64,000 nucleotides of DNA from Felis catus (taxonomy: Eukaryota): contig NC_058369.1 of NCBI RefSeq assembly GCF_018350175.1, positions 27,778,001-27,842,000 on the forward strand, in the 5' to 3' direction. The notes beneath the pieces are model-generated. The model had not been told where the DNA came from. It did no database searches and was given only the letters and a program-made list of their open reading frames with translations. Below, in pieces: positions 25,038 to 36,743 of this stretch (within the stretch, counting starts at the first letter, position 1; the number at the start of each line of letters is the position of its first letter). The translations under genes and the position numbers were made by a program.

Positions 25038-25262
25038 TATGTTAATTTACTTAATCTTTTGAATAACTTAATCTTTACTTAATATATAATTTACTTAATC
25101 TTTTTAATAACTCTTTGAGGTAGCCAATATTATTATCCCTATTAAACAGATGGAGACATAGAGAACCAAAAAGTCAAGTGGCTTGTCCAATGGCACAGAG
25201 CTCATAAATGGGCAAACCAGGATTCCAACCCATCTTGAGCTTGTGCTCTTAACCCCTGTTAG
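25038..25262 (-). mobile_element. MIR
   Basis: 'tattattatccctattaaacagatggagac...tcaagtggcttgtccaatggcacagagc...caggattccaaccc'. Confidence 0.75.
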
Positions 25263-26332
25263 TATATAGCATTTCACATCTTCTGTACTAGCTTTTGCTG
25301 AGAGCATCCAGGCTAGCATTATATAGTAGTGGGATGTAATACTTTCTTAATTACTAATTATTTCATCTATCCATGCCTTCTCTTCCCAGCTAGATTGGTT
25401 TGCTGCTTGAAGGAGAGATTCAACCATCTTGCCCATTCCAATTTGTCCTATTTGGGCCCCATGCCAATGTGCCTTATTCTAAGTTCGTGGTCAGTACACA
25501 CTCCATGGATAACTGCATTTATGTTACTGAATAAGAGGAATTACAATTATTTATACACCCAATGAAGAAAATCCCAACTCAAACCACCCAGGGTTGAAAC
25601 TAGGTCTTCTTTCCTATTGGAGGAAATTTCTGCAGGTGTGAGCAATTAAAAAATTACACATTAATTAACAACTCAAGTGACTGTGTTAGTAAGTCGCTTG
25701 TTAACTCCACAGGTAAATATTGTGCCCCCACCTAATGTTTGAAAATAAGGTCCCTTGAGCATATTAAGTAGTAGGGGTGATCTTATTCCATGCACCCCTT
25801 CAGTATATGACATTTATGAGTTTATGTGCAACAAAGCTACTGAGATCAGGGATTGCCTTACTCATTAACCTTGCCTTATCATCTTACAAAGTATCTTCTG
25901 CTGAATGAAAGACAAGGATGACAGCTCTGTTTCCATCATCTATGTCTCATTATGCTGGGACACCAAATAACTTCAGAATCAACCTTCTCTAAATATAAGC
26001 CCTCACGGCATTTGTATCTCTCTCACTTTTACTCTATTTCAAAACCTCTTTTCTTCCCTGCCCTTCATGTTTTCAATAGTGATGTTGATACTAACTATCT
26101 CTACTCTCTTTTTAGCCATTTGTACTCTGGTCACTGCTTTTATTCTTCTATTAAACTTGTTTTCTCAAAAGATAGGAAAGCCATCCTACCAAGTAAATGT
26201 TTTTTCAACAGGCAATCTTGGCTCCCATCTCCCTTGACCATCCTGTGGACCATAACTCACTGAGAGAATTTATACCATCTCCCCTTTGTTGCTAAACTTC
26301 CACAGTGTTAACCTCTCCTATGACACTGCCTA

Positions 26333-26413
26333 CCCAGTCTTTTATCCCTCTTTACATTTTTGTAAATGTACATTTACATCTATTGTGCCCAGTCTTTTAT
26401 CCCTCTTTACATT
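26333..26413. repeat. 26-bp direct repeat flanking an 18-bp perfect palindrome
   Basis: cccagtcttttatccctctttacatt at 26333-26358 and 26388-26413; tgtaaatgtacatttaca at 26361-26378. Confidence 0.95.
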
Positions 26414-27559
26414 ATAAACACCTTTGAGGCAAGTTATAGCTTATTCTTCTTTGACTTACCCTCCTGCTGAGCATCAAAAATTCTTACCCCTAGGCGGAAC
26501 CAAATGAAAATTTATTCATTCTTTCAGCCAGTTAGCAAATGGCTACATGTGAGAAATATACCATCTTAAGGGCATTTAACACGTCACTTGGCCCAGCTTT
26601 ATGGACAAGAGACACATTACAACTGATAGGATGTTATTACCACTTCTGCTATTCCTACTAATTATAAGGAAATTATATTTTAATTATTATATAATAATTA
26701 ATTATTATTATATAATGATAATAATTATTTTTTTTCTATAAGGAAAAAAATTGCATTCCTTTAAGAACACATTATTCTTATTGTTAGAAAGTATAAAAGT
26801 ATATTCTCTTGGGATTTATTCCTCCTACCTACACACTTCCCTCAGCTTTTCATTTCTGGGATTTCATTACCTTCTTTTCACTTCCCCAAAAGACTTATCC
26901 ATGGAAAACTTTACTGTCCTCACTAGCATTCATTTGGATTTATTTAATAAAGCCATTGTGTCTATAGCCTCTTAGAATCCTGGACACAACACCTCCCTTC
27001 CTCTGGGTCCAAGACATAAAAACATTAAACAGAAAGAGTGAGCATTAAGGTAAATTCAACCAAAATTGATTTTGGTTGGGTTCAAGAACTAGGCTAATAT
27101 GCTAGCCATTTTCAACTCTTTTGAAACATCACCATTTGGAATGACAAAAATCTTAACAAGATTTGGAGCCAACATGCCTATGACTAGAAACAGCAGAAAA
27201 TATATTTGTCATGCACAGGAAATAAAGGTACATTCTTAATCAGAATTGATGGATGGTTTGTGAAACAGCAGGATGCCTGTCAAGGGAACCAACCAAATAA
27301 CAGTTAATCACTACATTTAAAATGAGAGTTTCTTTAAATGCTAGGCCTGTAGAGTATGGGTCTAAAGTAAACAGCTGTCAGTGGATACTTCTTCAGCCAA
27401 GGTCCATAATTATAAGCCCCAGTGTGAAAAGCATTGGACACAGTAGTGTGACTTTAAACCAGTTACTTAACAAATCCTCATCCATATTATTTAAAACACA
27501 ATATAATAGAACTGCATGGATCTGACAGATTTAATTCTTTTATGATTTAAGTGCTTTGT

Positions 27560-27982
27560 CTAAAGTGAGATTTCTCAATGCAATGGTCAAACATGTTTGG
27601 AAATCATTGGGTTAAAGAAGGTTAAATGGATTTCTTTACCATGGAAACTGTAGAGCTTTTAATATTCTTTTATTTTTATTTTTTAAAGTTTATTTATTTA
27701 TTTTGAGAAAGAGTAGAATTGGGGGAGAGGCAGAGTGAGGGGGAGACACAGAATCTAAAGCAGGCTCCACACTCTGAGCTGTTAGCCCAGAGACCAAAGC
27801 GGGGCTCTCTCTCAAACCATGAGATCATGACCTGAGTAGAAACCAAGAGTCCGAGCGACCCAGGTGCCCAAAGAGCTTTTAATATTCCAATGGGTATTGT
27901 GAAACTCTAAAATCAGATTGATGTGGTTTAGATCAATCAGATTGATGTAGATTATTCCCAAAATAATCTGATCACAGGTCCC
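27560..27982. mobile_element. MER103-like hAT relic (interrupted by a SINE)
   Basis: 'tgggttaaagaaggttaaatggatttctttac...agagcttttaatatt...ttcccaaaataatctgatcacagg'. Confidence 0.6.
27668..27870 (-). mobile_element. Can-SINE
   Basis: Reverse SINE; TSD agagcttttaatattc on both sides. Confidence 0.9.
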
Positions 27983-30431
27983 TTCTAGGACTGTTTTTCT
28001 CTATACCTCCGTGGTCATATATTATGAGACTCAGAGAAGTTAAGAGAATAGTTCCCTTGGCTCCTGGTCCTGAGGCCTGCCCTTCTCACAAAGCCCACTT
28101 TATCCTCTTCCCCTATGGTCTATGGCACAGCCTGAATTCTTATAATGGCAGTTCCTTTTGCTCTTAAGATAGCTTAAATCGAGGACTATCATGTGCAAAC
28201 AGAAGTATCTCAACTAAGAAAAACGCATAGAGGGGTTGTGGGTGAATACTGCTGATTGTTCTTATCTGCAGTAATTGCCTGGGCTGAAACAAAAGTACCA
28301 GGTCAAAATGACAGTCAGTTTGTGGTGGGAACCCCGATTCTTGAGCTGAAATACTTTCATACATCAAGATGCAGTCGTCTCATATAAGGAACACCATTAA
28401 AAAAATACAATTACTACAGGAAACTAAGACCTTTTGCAGGAGAAAAGACATCATGGTTTCCATTAAAAGCTCGTTCCTTTTTCATGTTCACCTTCTCCAA
28501 CTCTAAAATAAAAGTGACTTCATTTCCAAGTGACCTTTTAAAAAGTCCACATATCAAGCCCCATAAATATTCAAAATATTCAGAATGAAGCCTGGTACTG
28601 GAATATTAAGTTGGCTATGCCTAAAATTCAGAAAAGCCTATTGCTTTTTCTTTAAAGAGCCAACTTAGAAAATGTCTCATATTTTCTTCATAAACTCACT
28701 TTATGTTGCTTGTGGAAGAAGGTTTTATAAACCACACCATGAAGTAATATGGCTGAACCAAAAACTTCCAGAAGGACGTGACCCTTCTTTTTCCCTCTTT
28801 CTCCTCTTCCCCTTCCCCCGCTCTTCCTTCTTCTTCTCCTTCGCCACCATCTCCACCTCATCCTCCTTCTCCTTTCTCTCTTTCTCCCTCTCTCTCTCTC
28901 CCCTTTTTTTGAAAGGAGATTAGAGGCAGATTGGGATTACCAATGCATGTTTTCATAGACAGACACAGAGAGATTGGGTAATTATTACCTCATGTCACCT
29001 GATAGTTTGAGATAGTGGCAGAGATGCTGAGGATTCCTACGAGTAACAATTATTTTTCATTAGTTTTAAGGAGAAAAGTGAAAGAAACCAAGATAATTAA
29101 AACCATTAAAGCAATCCTAATCAGGAGAGGAAAAAAAATCAAACTCTGTGTTTTACTCCTAAAACAAGCATAAAAAGTAAAATAGTCACCAAAGTGATAT
29201 GTGATTGAAAAGTAGGAGGAAAACATATCTCCCCTTTCCTATGAGACACTGAAGATAATTTAAGACAAAAAATTAAGCTGTTTGTAATAAATAGCTAGTG
29301 AAATAAAATAGACAAAACTTAGGAGACACAGAAATATATTTTCCCTAAAGGAAAAAAAAAGCATTCAAAAGAGAAGTGTTGAAAACAGTGACAACTAAAA
29401 ATCATTCAAGGACTCCAAAGCATGTATTTCAGGAGCGGAGCCCACAGAAGGCTTATGATAGATTGAAAGTATGTATCACTGTGAATTCGCAGTTTTCAAT
29501 ACACAAACTGAAATCAAGGTATAGATGTAATGTGTGCATAAATAGGCATTTCCTAATGTACCCATGGAGAGGCTGGGAAGCAATGACAGCACAGTACCAG
29601 TGAGGACACTTAATATCCAGCTCTTGGTTTCTAAATACAACTCTTCAGCAAAAAGAACCAGAGCTCCTTGGAGAAATGGCGATTCCAGGGAAGGGACATG
29701 GAAGAAACAAGATGAGTCTGGAGTATCTTGTGGTTCTAGAAAGCAAGAAAAGTCTGAAAAAAATTACAGGAGGCATGGCAAAAGGACACCTGAATCAGCC
29801 CAAAGGGGCTCCCCTCGCTAAACCTGATATATTCTGAGCAAAACAAAGTGATAACAGTAACTGACCATAACCTATAGAATAAAAATAAATATGTGAATTC
29901 ATGCTGCTATAAATAGATAAATAAAAAGAGGAGAAAGAAAAGCTCTTCCTTATAAAACCCCAACTAATACATACATCACCATTTGGCAATCTCCACAATA
30001 ATCGTTGCAGGTAAGAAGCATTAGTGAATGCTAAAACAAATGGACAAAAGTATCATAAAAAGAAGATATTTCAATTGTTTAAAGGTATCTCTCTTTAAGA
30101 TATAATTATTAATTAGAAAGGGTAAAATGAAGTGGGAAAAGCCTGGCACAATAACCAAGTGATCAAAGTTAACAAGTATTATCAGGAATGGGACAAATAG
30201 ACACCATATGCTTCTCCATATAATGCTCTCAGGATACAGTATTACTTCTGTGGCATTCCTGTCAAAAATGCAAATGTGATTCCATTCCAATGGATCATGA
30301 AAGAATATCACATTATCAGATAAACCCAAATTAAGGAAGATTCAGGAAAGCAGCAGGTCTCTATTTTCCAAAAATGTCACAATAATGAAAGACTAGGAGT
30401 CTGAGAAATTGACATTAAGAAGATACCAAGA

Positions 30432-30554
30432 GGGGCGCCTGGGTGGCTCAGTTGGTTGAGTGTCCAACTCTTGATTTCGGCTCACATCATGATGCCAGGG
30501 TCATGGGATCGGGCCCCCTGTCAGGCTCCTTGCTGAGTATAGAGCCTGCTTAAG

Positions 30555-30615
<61 letters not shown>

Positions 30616-30671
30616 CCCTCTGTCCCTCTCCCTACTTGCATGATCTCTCTCTCTCAAAAAAAAAAAAAAAA
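30432..30671 (+). mobile_element. Can-SINE with long (CT)n
   Basis: Head, ~26 CT units, A-tail; degenerate TSD aagataccaagag / aagacactaagag. Confidence 0.92.
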
Positions 30672-30820
30672 GACACTAAGAGACATGAAAACTAAATATA
30701 ATGTATGATCATAGATTGGAACACAGACCAGGAAAAAAAAGCACATTGTCAAAATTACAGTAAGTCCAACAGCACTGAATCAATGTTTATTTCCTGGCTT
30801 GATAGCCATACACTGATTTT

Positions 30821-31030
30821 TTAATGTTTTTTTTTAATTTATTTCTGAGGCAGAGAGAGACAGAGCATGAGTGGGGGAGGGTCAGAGAGAGAGGGAGACA
30901 GAATCAGAAGCAGGCTCCAGGCTCTGAGCTGGCAGCACAGAGCCCAACGCGGGACTCGAACTCACAAACCATGAGATCATGACCTGAGCCGAAGTCGGTC
31001 GCTCAACTGACTAAGCCACCCAGGCACCCC
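30821..31030 (-). mobile_element. Can-SINE
   Basis: Reverse SINE; TSD catacactgatttt on both sides. Confidence 0.92.
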
Positions 31031-31677
31031 ATACACTGATTTTCTAAGACACTGTCTTTTTTTTTATAGAAATTACATACTGAAGTATGTAGAAGAGAGC
31101 ATCATTGTCTGCAACTTATTGCAAAAATTTCAGAAAAAATATATATAGAGAGAAAATATGATGAAGCAAGGTCAAGTATTAATATCTGGAGAATCTAAAG
31201 GAAGACTTACAAGAATTCTTTATACTATGATTGCAACATTTTTGCGCATCTAAAATTATTTCAAAACTGAAAGTTTAAAAAGACACACACACAAACACAC
31301 ACACACACACATACACATACACACACATGACTTTGAATCTCAGGTCTATCACTTACAAGTACCCTTGAACAAATTGCTTGGCCTTGTTGGGATTCACTTC
31401 CCTTGTTCAGTGGAGATTGTATGACTTTGTGTGTTCTCTGGAAGGACTAACAAGATGCTGCAGAGCCTACAGCCCGAGATATGGCTCAGAAGCTTTAATA
31501 AGTACAGCTACTGTTTTTTGGTGACTTGAAAATAGAGCAACAAAACCAGAGGGAGTTACTGTTTCAAAGGCAATGGGGGAACACATGAGGTGGTGTGCAC
31601 ACTACTGACTTGTTGCTGTTATGTCAGCAGCGGGGGCACCGGCACCTCAGGCTTGCTTTAATAGGAAGCCTCTTACA

Positions 31678-31892
31678 TTTTTTAAAAAATTTTTCTTTCA
31701 ATGTTTATTTTTGAGAGATAGAGACAGAGAATGAGCAGGGGAGGGTCAGAGAGAGAAAGAGACAGAATCCGAAGCAACCTCCAGGCTCTGAGCCATCAGC
31801 ACAGAGCCTGATGCTGGGCTTGAACTCATGAACCATGAGATCATGACCTGAGCCGAAGTCAGACACTTAACCGAATGAGCCACCCAGGTGCC
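31678..31892 (-). mobile_element. Can-SINE
   Basis: 'gagatcatgacctgagccgaagtcagacacttaaccgaatgagccacccaggtgcc'. Confidence 0.92.
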
Positions 31893-33533
31893 ACTGTTTT
31901 TTGTTTTTAAATCTATCTACACAGTTGAAGATGGTGTTACTCTTTTCACAGTTGGAGAATAAAAGCCACTATGGGGGCTTTTTTAAAAGCGAAACTGATT
32001 TTTAACTTTTAAATCCATCTCAGAACATGTAAAAATGGTGCTTTCTTTTGCCAAGCCTCCCTCTGCTCTCAGCACCTCAACTGTCCAGCCCCTTGGCCTT
32101 TTCTTCTCCTGGCCCTTTCAACTTCTTTCTCCTCCCCCCTTCTTTGCTTCTAGTCAGTCATGAGCCGCCTGCACCTTCTCTCCTCTCATTTGTTTGCTTT
32201 TGTTTTGAAAAAAAATTAATTCCAAGTGAACAAAAAAGATGTGTGGGAAGGAAATAAATGGTGAGCTCCTAGTTACTAACCAACTGCCAAGTTTTAAGTT
32301 CGTCCTCCAAGTCACACGACCCTCCCAAGCAACCAGAAATCACAGCCCAGATGACTAACTGAAGAGAAGAAAAAGAATGAGGGAAGAGGATGCATTCTTA
32401 TGATTCATGAGCTCTGAAAAAAATCCCCAAGAATGTCAGACAGTTTTACACTATTGAAAATTTACAGTAAAGATGTGATAATTACAGATTTTTTCCATTC
32501 CAGCATGTTTGAAACATCACAAACTATCATTTGTTGTCATTATTTTAATGATGAAGAACGTTTATAACTCATTGAGTTAATTCCCAAACATATAATCTTG
32601 AAAAGGCAGGGGGAAATCTTTTTTTTATTTTATTTCAATGTGATTTCCCACATTATTTGAGAGTTCAAAATGTGGATCCTGGAAAGAAAAAAAATTAATT
32701 ACAAATGTCACAGAGGGTTGAAATGAGCCAAAAGAGGGTACATAAAATCTCGAAAATCACTATCCAGAGATACCTTCTGTGATTTTAGGAAAAGTGAAAA
32801 CAAAAGGAAAATCCACGATTTGTTTTCCAGTGCTCATGATGAAGGGGTATGTTTGGGAAAGGGGGACATCTGCCAGAGAAGCCAGCGGCCAAACACAGGT
32901 TCGGCTTTGAAAGAAACACATCTTTCAAATCCAGTCTCCAAATATAAACCATTTCTGAGGCGGAGACACTTGGTTTCAGGTAAATAAAACATCTTGAGAG
33001 CCTTACAGCTCTAATGAGCTGCTGGTAACATTTCTGAGACATACTTTGTCTTCCATTTCATTCATGCACTGATTTCTCATTCATGTGTCATTCACCTAAT
33101 ATTTACTGAGCACTGACTCACCAAATGCTGTGAGAGGGACTCTAACATGATGAGTGAGACAGGCCTGGCCCAAGGCCACATCAGGTGCCAGTGGGCTTTA
33201 GCTTGTCTGAATTCCTAGAATTCCTGAGAAGGGTGAGGATTGGCAACCTTTAATGACAAAGTTGGCCCCAGAGTTGAATCCAGTGATTTTCTTCGATGCA
33301 AACATTTGCATGAGAGAAAGACACAGAGTGGGAGACAGAGAGAGAGAGAGAACCTGTGAACAAATCAGGGCAGAGTGGGGTGGACTGGAGAAGAGATGAG
33401 TTCTAGTTTCCCCGCTGAGTACAGCCACACTTTGTGAGTGTGTACACATTGGCATGGGGGTAGAGAGAAAGAAAGTTGAGAAGAGAAAGGGAAAGTGGGG
33501 AAGGAGAGGATGGAGGAAGGTGCCAGAGGAGGG

Positions 33534-33716
33534 CAGTGCTTCTCCAAGTTTGGTCCCTGAACATTCTCATCAGAATCACCAGAGGGGTTTATTTAAAAAT
33601 GAAGATTTCTGGGCCCCAACCCAGGTCTACTGAACCTGAATCTGCCATATGGAATCCTGGAATTTGCGTTTTATACAAGGTTCTGGGTGGTTCCATGTAT
33701 TAAAATTTAACATCCA
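33534..33716. mobile_element. MER5A-like hAT relic
   Basis: 'cagtgcttctccaagtttggtcc...catcagaatcacc...gatttctgggccccaacccaggtctactgaacctgaatct'. Confidence 0.78.
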
Positions 33717-34471
33717 GGCCTCTTAAAAAACTTAAGGGCTCCTTTTTACTGTAGAGTTGGCCAAGGTCCATAGTGAACAGATGCCTCCAAAGCCACCTCC
33801 AAAGCCAGGTGGGGCTGGAAACTGCTGTGCACACCACTCTCCATCACACTCCCACCTGGGGCACTAACAGTGGCAAGATGACCTTGAAGTCAATTAAAAG
33901 TTGACTCAGGTAGAGCTACTTTCTGATAAAAGGCCCTGTTCAAGGTACTATTAGGTAGTCATGTGTACTTTTATCTAGATGCCAGCACGCCCTAACCAAA
34001 TATTAACTGTGGATGGATTCCAATCAGGAAATCCAAGAATGTATACTTCACACACTGTGCTACTTACTGAGTGATGGTAATAAATGTGGGCTATTACTTA
34101 ATTATGCCCGGTTTATTAACTATCTAGCAATAAACTAGGAAGTTCCCAATTAAACAAACAGATGTGGGCAGTGTATGTATCTATTTATGTGTTTGTTTTT
34201 TTGTTTTTTTTTTTGAGAAATATAAAAAGGATCTTAATTAGTGAAATTGAAGTAATAACAAGCACACAAGCCAGGCATCTTCTCTGTCTGCTTTCCAGTA
34301 ACACAAATCACTTGTCAAAACTTGCCAAAAGAAAGAGGAAACTCGAATATCCACAAACACTAAGCGATTTTAGTGTTTCTGACAAACAGGCTGAGGGGAG
34401 TGCATTGTCCTTGATATGGGGTCCTGGCCCGATCATCAAGACAGTGATACACAAACGTGGAGTAGACCATA

Positions 34472-34665
34472 TTAGAGGTCAGCAAACATTTTTTTTAAGA
34501 GAGAGTAAATATTTCAGGCATTGCAGGGTACAAGACCTCTGCTGCAACATCTTGGCATTAGAGCATGAGAGCAATCAAAGACATTATGTAAACAGATGAG
34601 TATGTCTGTGTTCCAATAAATCTTTATTAAAAAAAAACTGGCAGTGAGCCAGCTTTGGCCTAAAG
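34472..34665. mobile_element. MER58A-like hAT relic
   Basis: 'agaggtcagcaaac...agtaaatatttcaggc...tgtgttccaataaatctttat...tttggcc'. Confidence 0.75.
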
Positions 34666-34854
34666 CACGCTCTGTTGTAATGGTTGTCGAAAGTCCCTCA
34701 GCACCAAATTAGCCCTTTGATACTCTGTGATAAATGACATATTGATGTATTGACAAGAAAGATGTCCATAACATATTAGGTGGGAAAAAATCACACTGTT
34801 TATAGCAACATGATTTTTTTAAACAAACTCAAGAAATAAGCATCAGAAAGGATA

Positions 34855-35320
34855 ATACACCTCCCCATTGTCTACTGTTTGGCTTTCTGCAATTTCAGTT
34901 ACCTGTGGTCAACCACAGTCCAGGAGCACATGAGCCTCCTTCTGATGAATCATCTGAAGGTCAACAGTAGCCTACTGCTAGGACACAATGAATATGTCGC
35001 TCTCCTCACTTCATCTCATGATGTGGGTATTTACCATCTCACATCATCACAAAAAGAAGGGTGAGTACAGAATAAGATATATTGAAAGAGTGAGAGACCA
35101 TATTCACATAATGTTTATTTCAGCATATTATTATAAGTGTTCTATTTTATTATCCATTATTGTCACTAATCTCTTACTGTGCTGAATTTATAAATTAAAC
35201 CATGTCACAGGTATGTATGTATAGGGAGGAAATTGTATCTATAGGGTTTGGTACTATCCACAATTTCAGCATCCACTGGGGGTCTTAGAATGTTCCCCCA
35301 TAGATAAGGGGGGACTACTA
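34855..35320. mobile_element. MER44-like (Tigger) DNA transposon relic within an L1ME fragment (~34740-35500)
   Basis: 'tttcagttacctgtggtcaaccacagtcc...cacatcatcacaaaaagaagggtgagtacag...gataagggggactact'. Confidence 0.8.
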
Positions 35321-35587
35321 TTCTACAATGGATTCAGAGGAGTAACTTCTGGAAAAAGAATCAGGACTGGGAAGAGAAAATGACCCTGGCTTTTTACTTT
35401 TTTCACTTTTTACCCTTCTGGTGCAGTCTTTGAATTTACTATGTGAATTTGTATGTGAACATATATTACCTTTGTAAGTTGAAAAATATAATAAAGGAAA
35501 GAGAGGTTGGGGTTTCACAAATGCTGGAAGTTAAATCACTTCTACTTGTTCCCACCTGAGCTTAACAAGGGTGCTATGGTCAAGGAA

Positions 35588-35770
35588 TCATTCATTCATT
35601 CATTCATTCATTCATTCATTCCACACATATACTGAGCTCCCACCTTGTGCCGGACACTAGACTGGAGGCAAGAGATTTGTGGTGTTTAGAACCTAGGCAA
35701 ACAGACATTAGTCAAATAATTACACAAGTTAAAATGACAACTGAGACAGGTGATATGAAGGAGGCACGGC
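35588..35770 (-). mobile_element. L2 3' end with (CATT)n tail
   Basis: (cattc)n array followed by 'actgagctcccaccttgtgccggacactag'. Confidence 0.7.
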
Positions 35771-36633
35771 ATCATTCATTCCTTTTGTGGAGTGGATGTC
35801 AATTACCATAACCCACTATTGTTGGGGTATAAAATCTGTGGTGCAGTGAATGCAGAAGGATGAGAGGAGGAGACAGGAGTAACATGCTGATGAGTGTAGA
35901 CCCGGGTATTTGTATCTAGTGTCATCAGCTACTTATAATTTCCCTTAAATCACTATGAATATGAAATCACAACAGCTGTTTTAGTGAGCTTGAAACTGAA
36001 ATTCCATGATATAAGGCATTTAGAAGTTTTCCTGGACTAACTTTCTGCACCAATCCTGCCTGTTCTTTTCACATCCTCAGAATCAGGGATGTGCTAGGTT
36101 CTCTGACCTTACTGTTGTTTCAGCCACCTCCTGCTGGCATTCTCCCTAATGAGATGCCAAGGACAGAGACTGTGTCTTCTCTTGTATGTGTTGGAGACAC
36201 CATCATTTGAGCTGGGTGCCCAGTGTCTTCTCTGGAAATGGCTTGCCCTTTCCAAAGGGATAGAATGCCTCAGCATTTAGAATAGGGACAAAACAGAGTG
36301 ACCTGGATTTTGGAGTACATCCACTCAGGAGATGTAGGCCTCCATGTGTCCTTTTATGTGGACTGAAAAGAGGTAGTCCATGACCCTCAGAGAGAAAGAA
36401 TGGTACAGACCCACAGAGAGAACTTGACCAAGAACAGATCATTCCACCCAAGTTTCTATAATTTTTCATCTCTAAGTTCCTCCAAAGGCTGTAGGACAGC
36501 CTTCATTTAGGTTCCAGAAGACATAATTTTGTACTTATAGTAAATCCTTCCTTTTCATGTAAGCAGCTAGAAATCGATAGAACACTGACTTATGCACGAG
36601 TGCACATTCAAAACTGTTCACAATTTCCTCCTT

Positions 36634-36743
36634 TAAGTTTATTTATATTTTTAAAGTCATCTCTATGCCCAAACTGGGGCTAGGACATGTGACCCAGAGA
36701 TCAAGAGTCACATGCTCTTCCAAATGAGTCATCCAGGCACCCC
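36634..36743 (-). mobile_element. Short old Can-SINE
   Basis: 'gacccagagatcaagagtcacatgctcttccaaatgagtcatccaggcacccc'. Confidence 0.8.

Larger units (their letters stand above)
29440..31280 (+). mobile_element. Old L1MC/MD-like 3'UTR fragment (two SINEs inside)
   Basis: 'cttggtttctaaatac...aaagaaccagagctccttggagaaatggc...aaccaagtgatcaaagttaaca...tctaaaattatttcaaaa'. Confidence 0.75.

Noticed and set aside
26333..26413. CRISPR-like repeat-spacer-repeat
   Set aside because: Only two repeats, a mammalian genome, no cas genes, and the spacer derives from local sequence.
34162..34599. 145-aa ORF
   Set aside because: Begins in T-rich low-complexity sequence and runs into a MER58-like element; no coding signature.
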